Notes under the pieces: generated by a model
Database searches by the model: none
What the model was told of the DNA's origin: nothing
Seen by the model: only the letters and a program-made list of their open reading frames with translations
Made by a program: the position numbers and the translations under genes
Shown here: piece after piece, positions 27,276 to 36,625 of the stretch
Layout: every line of letters begins with the position of its first letter
Position numbering within the stretch: the first letter of the stretch is position 1
DNA from: Verrucomicrobiales bacterium
Lineage (GTDB): Bacteria > Verrucomicrobiota > Verrucomicrobiia > Limisphaerales > DUCD01
DNA: 40,859 bases
NCBI GenBank assembly: GCA_012959985.1
Contig: DUCD01000030.1
Coordinates: 3,178 to 44,036 of the forward strand
Direction of reading: 5' to 3'

Positions 27276-27552
27276 GATGTATTCCCGTTTAAGTGAGAAA
27301 AAATGAATCAGGCATAACCGCACTGAAACACTTCTGGATTTGAGTCAAAACACTATCTTATTCCGCGAATAGCTGCAATCCTGGGTTTTGAATGGGCTCT
27401 ACACTGGTTTAAAGGGAAACCATGGTCAGAGAAAGCGTATTTGCAACTGCGTCGTCAATTCCTTCGCGACCGAAAGCACATCTTGACAATGCATACATCT
27501 GATGATACGGCGTATCAAATACGCTCTGTAAGAATATCATAGATATGAACCC

Positions 27553-28401
27553 TCAAGATCGGAATCGTTGTGGTAGATTTCCCGAAAGGAATCCGAGAAC
27601 CGCTTCACTGAGTCGGTCTGTATTCATAGGGTATCGTTTCACCCACCTTTGAAGTTTTAGAATTGATTTGGTATTCAAAGCCCCCTTCAACTCTCGTTTC
27701 AACTGGATGATCTTCTTGCCGTGATCCCGGGAAAACTGCCGGTATTCATTCAGGTTCATCCAATCCGCACGACGGGTATAGGATGACCATTCACGGATGG
27801 AACCGTGATTCAGCCCTTTCACCCAAATGTGATCTCCATGGGGGAATTCTTTAATGAAATCATTTCCTCCAACGCTCTGGTTTCCCAGAACATTGTTCTG
27901 ACTCTGAAAGAATACAAATTGGATGGATTGATGCACATCCATGGTAAACACTTTCAACACTTGGTTTTTCCCGACCTTCGGATCAAAAATCGCGCAGCGG
28001 ACCTTTCGGGTTTGAAAAAAATGGGGATCTTGATCCAGCAAATAATGCAGAGAGAACATCAGGTTATTGGTTCCCTGGCTGTGAGCCAGCATAGCGATCG
28101 ACTCTTCAGGATTGCCTTTCATTGCGTTTCGAACCGCATCGCCATTCACTGACGCATACTGCTCCGATTCCTCATTGAGCGTATCGCTTCCATCCCCGGC
28201 AAACCAAAAGTCAATGTCGGCCAGAAGACCGCTCCAATTCACATAACTCTGAAAATGTCCAATCCCCGGATTCGAATTGTATGCCGGACGCTGACCTGCG
28301 GGCATGGCCCCGCAGACAGCTTTCCCGAATTTCACGAAATCCGAACCATCATTCGTATCAATTAACGAAGGAGCAATACCGCTGAATGTAAATAATCTCA
28401 T
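27553..28401 (-). CDS. Alpha/beta-hydrolase-like protein with a lipase-type nucleophile elbow (AHSQG)
   Basis: 282 aa with no signal peptide. The G-x-S-x-G-like motif is MLAHSQGT (Ser108 codon at 28078-28080). The candidate acid is in AIFDPKVG and the candidate His in GLNHGSIREW. It starts 13 nt downstream of the PLD gene on the same strand. Confidence 0.55.
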   Translation of the reverse strand: MRLFTFSGIAPSLIDTNDGSDFVKFGKAVCGAMPAGQRPAYNSNPGIGHFQSYVNWSGLLADIDFWFAGDGSDTLNEESEQYASVNGDAVRNAMKGNPEESIAMLAHSQGTNNLMFSLHYLLDQDPHFFQTRKVRCAIFDPKVGKNQVLKVFTMDVHQSIQFVFFQSQNNVLGNQSVGGNDFIKEFPHGDHIWVKGLNHGSIREWSSYTRRADWMNLNEYRQFSRDHGKKIIQLKRELKGALNTKSILKLQRWVKRYPMNTDRLSEAVLGFLSGNLPQRFRS

Positions 28402-28414
28402 TGTTATCCCTACC

Positions 28415-29209
28415 TCATGGTTTAAGCGATTTCATCTGTTTCCATAATTTCTCGAATTCCCGGGAAAAGGCCGCAACGGTTTTGGGTTCATCGGTCACGA
28501 CGATATTTTCAAAATTCGCCTCGGCGGCGCTGCGGGTCCAGTTGTAACTTCCGTTGACCAAAGTGTTCCGATCGATGACGGCGAATTTGTGATGCATGTG
28601 ATCCGGGGTGTCATCGGATTTCACCGGAATTCCCAATCGAACCAATTCTAGAACGTCGGATCCCAGGTCCAGAGCCTTGTGATTATCGGTAATGATCCGC
28701 ACCGGAACACCCCGCCGACGGCAAGCCAGTATAGAGTTTCGGATTCGGTTGTCGGTTAAGGTGAAAACGCAGATATCCACCGAACTCCGGGCCTTGTTTA
28801 AAAGAGATTTCAAAGCATTAAGACAGGCATTTCCAGGACTGAAAAACACCATGGAGGTCGCCTCCGAGGATTTGGGCATGGGCAATGCCTTTAAAGCCGT
28901 ATCCAGCCAGTCCATCGTCTGATGCACTGAACGAGTTGCATGACGTCCTTTGGCCAAAGCAAACAGGCGGTTCCGGACCAGACTGATCTTCCGAGTGTCC
29001 CATGGAATCCCCTGAATTGCCCGAGTGATCGCCTTTTTTTCTCCCCTCGAAAAATTCCCGTCTTTCAGGGTAGTTTCGAAATGAGCCATCAAATATTTAA
29101 TCGTGTTCATGGCGGACCTTCCCAGACTTGACTTTGGCCGGATTTCTTTGTCGGGATGGTGAGCAACAGTAACTGAAATCCCATGGGAAAGGCAATGGCC
29201 TGATATCAT
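28415..29209 (-). CDS. Single-HKD phospholipase D superfamily protein (Nuc-like nuclease/phosphodiesterase) with a ~85-110-aa N-terminal extension
   Basis: The HKD motif is H-H-K-F-A-V-I-D followed by GSYNWT (nt 28571-28594 and downstream). The colinear Nuc-like core is FFSPGNA...DICVFTLTD..I..SILA..RRGVPVRIITD. An alternative, better-placed start is ATG 29110 (MNTIKY...). Confidence 0.85.
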   Translation of the reverse strand: MISGHCLSHGISVTVAHHPDKEIRPKSSLGRSAMNTIKYLMAHFETTLKDGNFSRGEKKAITRAIQGIPWDTRKISLVRNRLFALAKGRHATRSVHQTMDWLDTALKALPMPKSSEATSMVFFSPGNACLNALKSLLNKARSSVDICVFTLTDNRIRNSILACRRRGVPVRIITDNHKALDLGSDVLELVRLGIPVKSDDTPDHMHHKFAVIDRNTLVNGSYNWTRSAAEANFENIVVTDEPKTVAAFSREFEKLWKQMKSLKP

Positions 29210-29229
29210 AAATACGGAGGGCAGGTTTT

Positions 29230-29400
29230 CATGTGAGCGATCCGTCGAGACCTATAGAGTTCATGGTGTTCAACAAAGATTCGATTGTTTCTGTTTCTTG
29301 GGCCCATAGACATATCCATCTCGGGCGAATATACTTATGTGGCATCGCACGGTAGCGGATTACTTTTGATCTATATCTCGGAACCGACAACTGCTCGTTT
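29230..29400 (+). pseudogene. Remnant of an LVIVD-repeat (beta-propeller) protein gene, frameshifted
   Basis: Frame 1 reads HVSDPSRPIEFMVFNKDSIVS. After a shift near 29290-29300, frame 2 reads GPIDISISGEYTYVASHGSGLLLIYISEPT. Together these resemble about 1.3 LVIVD repeat units (consensus ..v.v.g.yAYvA....GL.i.D.S.P..P). No start codon and no continuation. Confidence 0.45.
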
Positions 29401-29610
29401 TCGAAGAGTTTACCCTCCCCTCGGGAACTTGGGCAAAGAGCCCTCGATTCAAGAGATTCCAACGCGTTGAGTCGGAATTGTTGAAATACGCATGCATTCC
29501 TTTGAATGTCCCGATCAGGGTTAACCCAATGGCGGTGACGCTCGCCCCATCAATTGAATACGGTGAGGGCAATTCTTGCACTTATTGGCGATTCTTTCTA
29601 GAAAGGGTCT

Positions 29611-30966
29611 ATGAGTATCGAGGCAATCATCCAATCCGGAACTCGCTCTCTGTTAAGTTTGGCGCCGGCTGTCTCCGGTTTGGAGCAGTATCAGGAAGCC
29701 ACTGAGGATGTAGAGACCGCCTGCGCAAGGGGATACTTCCGACCTGAGGAGGAAGAGCGTATCCAGCTGTGGTTTGCCTATTACCTCACGGCACGCAACG
29801 GTCTCCTTGAAACGGTATTTGAATTGCGACCTATTGCTTTCGGAAAAGATTCACAGACACCCCCTGATGAAGAAGATCAGTATCGGGCGTTTGTCATTGG
29901 CTACACAGCGGCCTGCCTCCTGGTGCGTGCTGGACGATTCCTAGTGGAACGAATCGCTAAAAACCCGATCACCATACAAAAACTGAATGAGCCGGCTCGG
30001 AAGTACCGTATACCATCCAATCAATTCACCTCGATCTTCAGGTCATTGACGAGCCCACTGAACGCTTGGTTTTTGAATGATGCCATGGCCTTTGCCCAGT
30101 GCAATCGGAAACACATCGAATCATTAAAACGGGAGCCGAGGTTTTCCGAAGTCCTGGAATACCTGTATAAGTCGGAACCTTTTCTGAGAATCAACATTCA
30201 AAAATATTTCACTTCCCGATTTCTCTTCCGGCTCCATTCATGGCGTCGCCGCCGGAATTCCGCGCTCCAGAAAGCCTTGTTCAACCTCCTCGAAGCTTCC
30301 GGACGATTGATCTCCGAACTGAGGTTGGACAAGGACTCCCATGACGTTTCGGATGTCTACTCCGAATTGTCGAACCTGCTTCAACCCGGTGATGTGTTGG
30401 TCACACGACATAAGTTGGCTATGACCAATCTCTTTCTACCCGGCTTCTGGCCCCATGCGGCACTTTACATCGGCACCGAAAAGGAAAAACAAAAACTGTG
30501 CATTCAAATGGATGCAGAACGGACGGGGCGATGGAAACACCCAATCCGGACGTTGGAGGCACTAAAGGATGGCGTTCTTTTTCGGCCCTTGGAAAAAACT
30601 CTTTCGGTCGATGCGGTTGCCTTGATACGGCCTCGTCTGAAGCCAGCACAGATTGCACAAGCCCTATCGAGGGCCGTGTCCCATGAAGGCAAACTTTACA
30701 ACTTTGATTTTAATTTCTTCAATTCGGAACGCCTTGTCTGCACCGAAGTTGTTTACCGTGCCTATGACGGGATCGGCCCGATGAACTTTCAATTGGTGTC
30801 TCGAAATGGAAGGCTTTCCGTCAGTGCTGAAGACCTTCTGGATATGGCGCTGGATCATCAGGGATTTGAAGCGTTGGCGGTCTTCGGTACAGAGACATCC
30901 AAAAAGAAACTCCATACCGGACCCGACGTATCCCGGATCATTGAAGAAAGCTACCGAAGTAGGTAG
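29611..30966 (+). CDS. YiiX/YebB-like permuted papain-fold (NlpC/P60-LRAT superfamily) cysteine hydrolase with a ~250-aa helical N-terminal domain
   Basis: 451 aa. The C-terminal domain has GDVLVTRHKLAMTNLFLPGFWPHAALYIG (His block, ~30445-30475) and YNFDFNFFNSERLVCTEVVYRAYDG (Cys block, ~30733-30762). This is the permuted His...Cys order of the YiiX/C92 family. No signal peptide. Confidence 0.7.
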   Translation: MSIEAIIQSGTRSLLSLAPAVSGLEQYQEATEDVETACARGYFRPEEEERIQLWFAYYLTARNGLLETVFELRPIAFGKDSQTPPDEEDQYRAFVIGYTAACLLVRAGRFLVERIAKNPITIQKLNEPARKYRIPSNQFTSIFRSLTSPLNAWFLNDAMAFAQCNRKHIESLKREPRFSEVLEYLYKSEPFLRINIQKYFTSRFLFRLHSWRRRRNSALQKALFNLLEASGRLISELRLDKDSHDVSDVYSELSNLLQPGDVLVTRHKLAMTNLFLPGFWPHAALYIGTEKEKQKLCIQMDAERTGRWKHPIRTLEALKDGVLFRPLEKTLSVDAVALIRPRLKPAQIAQALSRAVSHEGKLYNFDFNFFNSERLVCTEVVYRAYDGIGPMNFQLVSRNGRLSVSAEDLLDMALDHQGFEALAVFGTETSKKKLHTGPDVSRIIEESYRSR

Positions 30967-30983
30967 GCAACATCAGAGTCTCT

Positions 30984-32036
30984 TCAAATCCCGAAATCAA
31001 ACTCGTCAATATTATCTTTGGTGAAGCGGATTGGGTCAGAGAGAATCACGGTTTTGGAATCCTCTTTACTGAACCGGATTGGCCCATACCCGGGGATCGC
31101 CGTACCTTCCTTTAATTCCTTACCAGACAACACGGCATGGGCAACTCGAACCGTCAAATCTCCCAAGGCCGAAGGATCCCACAGAAAAAACGATTTAAGG
31201 ATATTCTGGTTCAGGTAAGGTCGCATTTTAGAAGGGGTCGAGCACCCGGTCAGCGCAATGCTTCCTGACTTTCCGGTTGTTTTCAGGGCTTCCGCAGCAC
31301 CGGGAACCGAATTTGAATCGAAGGCAATGATTCCTTTCAGATTGGGATGGGCATTTAATAAAGTTTCTACTTTCTGACGGGCATAGTTTTCATCTTCCTT
31401 GGTCAGCACAGTATCCACCAGGATCATCTCAGGATATTTTGCCAATGCACGTGCTTCGGCGTAACGCCTCCACGCGTTCAGGTTGGCGGCATCCAAACTG
31501 GCAATGGCGATGGCCCACTCCCCTTTCCCGTTCATCTGCCCGGCAATTTCATCCATCAACATCTCCCCAAGCTCGCTTTCCTCCACCTGTGAGATCATGA
31601 GATCACGGCCACTTTCGACGGCATCACTGTCCCAGGTAAACACCTTTATCCCGGCAGCCTGGGCTTTCTCAACAAAACGCCGAATCGTTTTAGGTTGATT
31701 GGGAGCAATACAAATCGCATCGACTCCCTGTCTGATCCAAGTATCCATGAACTTATTCTGCTCGGAACCGCTGGGTTCGGAGGGACCGTCATAGATTAAT
31801 CGAATCCCGAGATCTGAAGCCGCTTCAGCTGCCCCGCGGTTACAGGCATCGAAGTAATCGATATTGATCAGTTTAGGAAGCATGGCGATGACCTGTTGAG
31901 AATCACCAGCACCGTCTTCAGACCCTTGATTAGAGAGTGGACCGGATTCCTGTTTCACTCCACAGGAGGTTCCTGAAAGCAGGATGGCAATCCAGAGAAA
32001 AAAATGACCGAGTTGAAGCAATTTGAGCTTTTTCAT
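30984..32036 (-). CDS. Sugar ABC transporter substrate-binding lipoprotein (LsrB/RhaS-like, Peripla_BP_4 type)
   Basis: 350 aa with the signal and lipobox-like sequence LLSGTSCG. Blocks IAMLPKL, IYDGPSEPS, KVFTWDSD, GCSTPSKMRPYL and FTKDNIDEFDF match my recollection of LsrB/RhaS-family binding proteins. Confidence 0.8.
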   Translation of the reverse strand: MKKLKLLQLGHFFLWIAILLSGTSCGVKQESGPLSNQGSEDGAGDSQQVIAMLPKLINIDYFDACNRGAAEAASDLGIRLIYDGPSEPSGSEQNKFMDTWIRQGVDAICIAPNQPKTIRRFVEKAQAAGIKVFTWDSDAVESGRDLMISQVEESELGEMLMDEIAGQMNGKGEWAIAIASLDAANLNAWRRYAEARALAKYPEMILVDTVLTKEDENYARQKVETLLNAHPNLKGIIAFDSNSVPGAAEALKTTGKSGSIALTGCSTPSKMRPYLNQNILKSFFLWDPSALGDLTVRVAHAVLSGKELKEGTAIPGYGPIRFSKEDSKTVILSDPIRFTKDNIDEFDFGI

Positions 32037-32195
32037 ATCGAAATTAAACCTCCCTGAATCCTGAATTCAAAAGAGATCGGATTTCCGGTCTCCTGAGGCC
32101 TTTAGGAGTTCTTGAGAGTTCAGATGAAGTATGCCGGCAAGGCGTTCGTGTCAAGTCACGGATCGAAATTGTCGATTCCGATTTCGGTTTTAGTT

Positions 32196-33173
32196 TTACG
32201 AACTCTTGGCATTCTTCTTGGGAAAGGGTAGATGTGTATTCATCCAGACTCCTCCGATGAGAATGATTCCGATTAACACATATTGAAGATAGCTGAGTTT
32301 GAACGGCAGGTTTTCCTCCCCCCAACCAGCAGCTCCTCTTAGGCCTTCATCCAGGACCGCGATGATGAACACTCCGAAAAAAGTTCCCGATAAGGAACTG
32401 TAACCTCCCTGCACCCGAGTACCACCGAGGATCACCGCAGCAATGACCTGCAGTTCCATTCCTGTCAGGGAACTCCCGCTGACAGAACTGTTCCGAGCGG
32501 TAAAACAAACCGCACTCAGAAAGGCCATAAACCCGGAAAATACATACACTTGGATGAGTCGTCGGTCCACCGGAATGCCCGCATACCGGGCTGCGATTGG
32601 ATTGCCTCCAATCATCAATAGTTCCCTTTTTTTCCGCGAATAATGATACCCGGCCCCGAGCCCAAGGTAAACCAAACTGATCAGCAACAATGCACCGGGA
32701 AATCGACCGAACCATTCGTAACCGGGAACATCAAAAAAAGGAGACTTTTCCAGATCTCCCATGACGGTAAAGCATAACCCTCTAAAAAGAATCATCGTCC
32801 CGAGAGTGGCAATGATAGGAGGGACATCCAGAACCGCGATGAGGGATCCATTGGTCAATCCCAAGACGAGAGCGACAAGCAACCCCAACGGAACCGCTTT
32901 CCACCAAAAGGAAACATCTCCATCAAAAGAAGACATAACGCAGGATATCAGGGCTATCATCGAGGCAATGGACAAATCGATTCCGGCTGTAGCCAGGATC
33001 AGGGTCATTCCGAACGCTGCTAACAGCACTGGGGCAGACTGAGTCAGGAGATCTGCGGAATAACTCTGAAAGTATCTCAGGAAATCCTCCGGACTCTTGA
33101 ATGTGTAATCCCCGATCCATGTGAAGAAAATGATTTCTGAAATGAGAATAGCTGGGAGAATGAATTGTTTCAT
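32196..33173 (-). CDS. Sugar ABC transporter permease
   Basis: ORF 32196..33245. The likely start is ATG 33173 (MKQFILPAILISE...), which overlaps the TGA of the upstream permease as ATGA. It is polytopic, with the typical GGTRVQGGYSSLSGTFFGVFIIAVLDEGL block. Confidence 0.85.
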   Translation of the reverse strand: MKQFILPAILISEIIFFTWIGDYTFKSPEDFLRYFQSYSADLLTQSAPVLLAAFGMTLILATAGIDLSIASMIALISCVMSSFDGDVSFWWKAVPLGLLVALVLGLTNGSLIAVLDVPPIIATLGTMILFRGLCFTVMGDLEKSPFFDVPGYEWFGRFPGALLLISLVYLGLGAGYHYSRKKRELLMIGGNPIAARYAGIPVDRRLIQVYVFSGFMAFLSAVCFTARNSSVSGSSLTGMELQVIAAVILGGTRVQGGYSSLSGTFFGVFIIAVLDEGLRGAAGWGEENLPFKLSYLQYVLIGIILIGGVWMNTHLPFPKKNAKSS

Positions 33174-34176
33174 GCCAACTCCTCCATTCGTTTTCGGCGT
33201 TTGTGAAGCCGGCAATCGATACCAATGATACCGATGATGATGCAACCGGTGACCACGTCCTGGAAGTAGGCACTGATACCGGCATAGACCAGCATCTCTC
33301 TTACAAAATAAAGAAAAAATGCTCCCAATAGCGTTCCGATGAAACTGCCTTCACCTCCGAAAATATTAGTGCCTCCAACCACCACGGCACCGATGACTCC
33401 AATGCAAAACCACGTGCCATACGGGAAGGCTCAATCGTCTGAAGCCGGGTCACATAAACCAAAGCCGCAGCGGACAGAAAACAACCACTGACGAAAAAAG
33501 CCTTTTGTAGAATTGCTCCCGGGTTGAGTCCAAGAATTTGGCAGGCTTCTTCAGAACTACCCAAAGCCAGAAAGTGTCTTATCGTCCGGGAATACCATTC
33601 TAAAACCAAAGCGGTCAATGTGCCGAAGAGCAGTATAAACCCGGCCAGTTTTTTTCCTGGCCACTGATAGGATTCGTTTGTGATGGAAATGAAACCACTG
33701 AAATTCTCCATTCCGATATCCGCCAGAATCAATGCAATGCCACGGTAAAAGGTCAACCCACCCAAAGTGACGATAATCGCAGGAATGGCGAGTCGATGAA
33801 TCAACCACCCATTGAATGAACACAAGACACAGGTGGTGATCAGACAACCGACAAAAGCAACGATGGGTCCTGATTCCTGGGCTGAAAGAACTCCGAAAAC
33901 AGTACCAGCCACCACGATGATCGAGCCGATTGAAAGATCGATGGCACCGGTATAGATAATGACAGTGAGCGCAAAACCAGCGAGGACGGTAGGTGCAACA
34001 TTAGGCCCCGCACGCAGAACCACTTCACGGAAGGAGCCTCCTTCCTGAATCATCATATAAATCAGAATTAATAGAATCGCATTCCCAATCAAAAGGAAGC
34101 CTATTCTCTGAAGTAGAAATCGAGAGTATCGCCCCGCAAGTCTGGACTTTAAATTCACAGTCCAAGGTGAGGTCAT
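33170..34176 (-). pseudogene. Sugar ABC transporter permease interrupted by a 1-nt frameshift near 33396
   Basis: ORF 33301..34176 reads ...MARGFALE and then nonsense. ORF 33170..33385, in another frame, reads (IGVIGA)VVVGGTNIFGGEGSFIGTLLGAFFLYFVREMLVYAGIS..., the conserved C-terminal permease block. Restoring one nucleotide at about 33395-33397 gives GFALExIGAVVVGGTN. Confidence 0.75.
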
Positions 34177-35720
34177 TTGATTTCAGTGGAGGGTGTCAGC
34201 AGATCCGAAGCGGCCAGGATCACGTTATCTTCGGTCATCCGGTCACCCTTCAATTCAGTCGTGATACGACCCTGACACATGACTAGGATGCGGTCACTCA
34301 TACCCAGCAATTCCTGAAGATCACTGGTGATAAGCAGAATGCCTTTTCCGTCGGCAGCCAATTGATCCATCAGGGAATGAATCTCCATCTTCGCCGCAAT
34401 ATCCACGCCCCGCGTGGGCTCATCCAAAATGATCAAATCCGGCTTACGCTCCAGCCACCGGGCAAGAATGGATTTCTGTTGATTGCCTCCACTCAGGGTG
34501 CCGACTGACTGATCGAATCCAGTTGCCCGAATTCGGTAACGCTCCATGCAATGTTCCGTTTTCTTTTGCTCGAATGAGGGAGGAATGAATCCAAACCGCG
34601 CGGCAAGATCCGAGAAACCGATGCAGATCGAATTGAACAGAGTATGATCCAACACCAAACTTTGCTTTTTCCGCTCTTCAGGCACGTACACCATTTTCCG
34701 TTGAAGTCGATCGCATGCGTTCGATTTCGAATTCAGAATTGTCTCACGGAGTTTTATGGCACCACTGTCCACTGGATAAAGACCATAGAGGGCGCGTGCC
34801 AATTCCGATCTACCCGCGCCGACCAATCCACCCAAGCCGACCATCTCGCCGGCATTGACCTGAAAAGATATATCCTGAAAAAGACCGTCACGACCCAATC
34901 CCTCTACTCGAAGAAGTTCGGTGCCCTGAAAAGACTCACGAGTTCTGGGAAACACCTGATTCAAAGGACGCCCGACCATATCTCGAATCATTCTTGGAAT
35001 GGAAGCTTCCTCAACTGGATACAGGCCCACTTGTTCTCCATCGCGCAGAACGCAAATCCGATCCACAAAGGACAAAACCTCCTCCAGTCGATGAGAAACA
35101 TAAATCATAGAAACACCTTGTTTCTTCAACTGGGCCAGACGATCAAACAATCGCTTAATTTCGGGTTCACTCAAACTGGCCGTCGGTTCATCAAGGATCA
35201 GGAGTTTAGCGTTCAACGACAAAGCACGAGCGATGGAAAGTTCCTGCTTTTCAGCCGCACTGAGTTCTCGACATAATTGTTGAGTATCCAGATTAAGTCC
35301 AAACTCCTGCAATCTTAAACAAGCCTGCCCGTGCAGTTTCGTCCAGTCGACTCCTCCCCATTTTAGCCGAGGCCAGGCCTCTGCCAACATCATGTTTTCG
35401 GCAACGGTCAGTGAACCACAGTAAGCCAACTCCTGATGAATGGCAGCAATCCCCAATCGGAGGCCCTGGGCCGGATTGGAGACCGTGATCTGAGATCCGC
35501 AATAGCGAATCTCACCCGAATCAGACGAATGGATACCACTCAGGATCTTGATGAGTGTGGATTTTCCAGCACCGTTTTCACCGATCAATCCCAGAACCTC
35601 TCCAGTCCCCAACGAAAAGGAAACATCCTTGAGTGCCGACACCCCGGAAAAGGATTTAGAGATACCGCACAGTTCGAGAACGGGATCCGTATCCTGACGG
35701 GGGGAGAACTCCGAATGCAT
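34173..35720 (-). CDS. Sugar ABC transporter ATP-binding protein (duplicated ABC domains)
   Basis: 515 aa. Walker A is GENGAGKST. The signature-like motifs are LSAAEKQELSIARAL and LSGGNQQKSILARWL. Walker B motifs are LLILDEPT and LIILDEPTRGVD. Its stop overlaps the permease start as ATGA. Confidence 0.9.
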   Translation of the reverse strand: MHSEFSPRQDTDPVLELCGISKSFSGVSALKDVSFSLGTGEVLGLIGENGAGKSTLIKILSGIHSSDSGEIRYCGSQITVSNPAQGLRLGIAAIHQELAYCGSLTVAENMMLAEAWPRLKWGGVDWTKLHGQACLRLQEFGLNLDTQQLCRELSAAEKQELSIARALSLNAKLLILDEPTASLSEPEIKRLFDRLAQLKKQGVSMIYVSHRLEEVLSFVDRICVLRDGEQVGLYPVEEASIPRMIRDMVGRPLNQVFPRTRESFQGTELLRVEGLGRDGLFQDISFQVNAGEMVGLGGLVGAGRSELARALYGLYPVDSGAIKLRETILNSKSNACDRLQRKMVYVPEERKKQSLVLDHTLFNSICIGFSDLAARFGFIPPSFEQKKTEHCMERYRIRATGFDQSVGTLSGGNQQKSILARWLERKPDLIILDEPTRGVDIAAKMEIHSLMDQLAADGKGILLITSDLQELLGMSDRILVMCQGRITTELKGDRMTEDNVILAASDLLTPSTEIK

Positions 35721-35857
35721 AGCGGGATGGTACAGAACTCCTCCGGATTGGTCGAGATATCATTAACCTAAAGGCGGTGAGATTCGCCTTCCCAAGATAT
35801 GATTCAATGATTTCCGCGTCCTTTCGGATAATTCACGGGCTAAAGAAACCATAACAT

Positions 35858-36538
35858 TCAACCGTCGGTGCTACGGGATTGTGAGCGGCGCCACTGTTGT
35901 AGATATTCCAGAACGTAATTCCTTTCACGGATCAGATCGGAACTCAGGGAATCCTGACTATCTTCCAGAAGACGACGAGCATAATAACGGACAAAATCGG
36001 AAGGTCCGGCTTCTTCGCGTCCCACCTTGAAATTTGATTTCATGTCTTCCATCAACATGGCCTTGCCGGTGATCCAGGTTCCCCCTGCCTTGGCAAAGGC
36101 AATCTCGACAAACCGCCTGGCAATGGATTCAATAAATTGGGTTCGATCCTGAAAATGACCAAGGGCCTGACGGACAATTACAGTCTCTTCAGGGTGGTCC
36201 GTGTCATCAAACTTACTGAGAAAACCGGACACTAGATTGCGGGCGAGTTGAATCAGCAGGACTTTCCGGTCCGGGAGGTCCAAGGTCAGCGAATTCAGGT
36301 CGACCTTTTCCTCCGTGTGATCGGGTAATGAATCAAATTGCCCTTTCAACAAGTGATAGGCCTGATTGATCTCCTTCATCTTTTCCTGAACATTTTCTCG
36401 CAATTCCGGATTCGAGGCAAAACGATCGGGGTGCCAGATCCGAACGAGATCACGGTATTGCTGTCTGATGAGCACTGGTGAGGCACCCGGCTTGAGGCCC
36501 AACATGCCGAGAAGTTTTATTAGCAGCTTTAGATTCAT
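35858..36538 (-). CDS. J-domain (DnaJ-like) protein with an uncharacterised C-terminal domain
   Basis: 226 aa. The N-terminal J-domain has an HPD motif (IRQQYRDLVRIWHPDRFASNPELRENVQEKMKEINQAYHLL). The remaining ~150 aa have no recognisable motif. Confidence 0.8.
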   Translation of the reverse strand: MNLKLLIKLLGMLGLKPGASPVLIRQQYRDLVRIWHPDRFASNPELRENVQEKMKEINQAYHLLKGQFDSLPDHTEEKVDLNSLTLDLPDRKVLLIQLARNLVSGFLSKFDDTDHPEETVIVRQALGHFQDRTQFIESIARRFVEIAFAKAGGTWITGKAMLMEDMKSNFKVGREEAGPSDFVRYYARRLLEDSQDSLSSDLIRERNYVLEYLQQWRRSQSRSTDG

Positions 36539-36625
36539 GGACTCACTCTGGAACTGGGGTGGTTGTTATTGGATGGGCTCAGCTGATGTATATTCACAAT
36601 TCATTGGGAGGGCAGACACCTTGCA

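Noticed and set aside
30984-32036. The binding protein could be a bona fide LsrB autoinducer-2 receptor, since the operon order ATPase-permease-permease-SBP equals lsrACDB.
   Set aside because: The residues I recall as AI-2 contacts are only partly kept. The PKL Lys and the TWDSD Asp are present. At the position I align with LsrB Asp166-Gln167 this protein has Asn-Leu. No lsrK/R/F/G genes are nearby. A rhamnose or other sugar specificity is equally or more likely. The alignment is from memory, so it needs a real comparison.
32044-32325. 93-aa ORF between the binding-protein and permease genes.
   Set aside because: It overlaps the 3' end of the permease gene in another frame and has no coding-like features.
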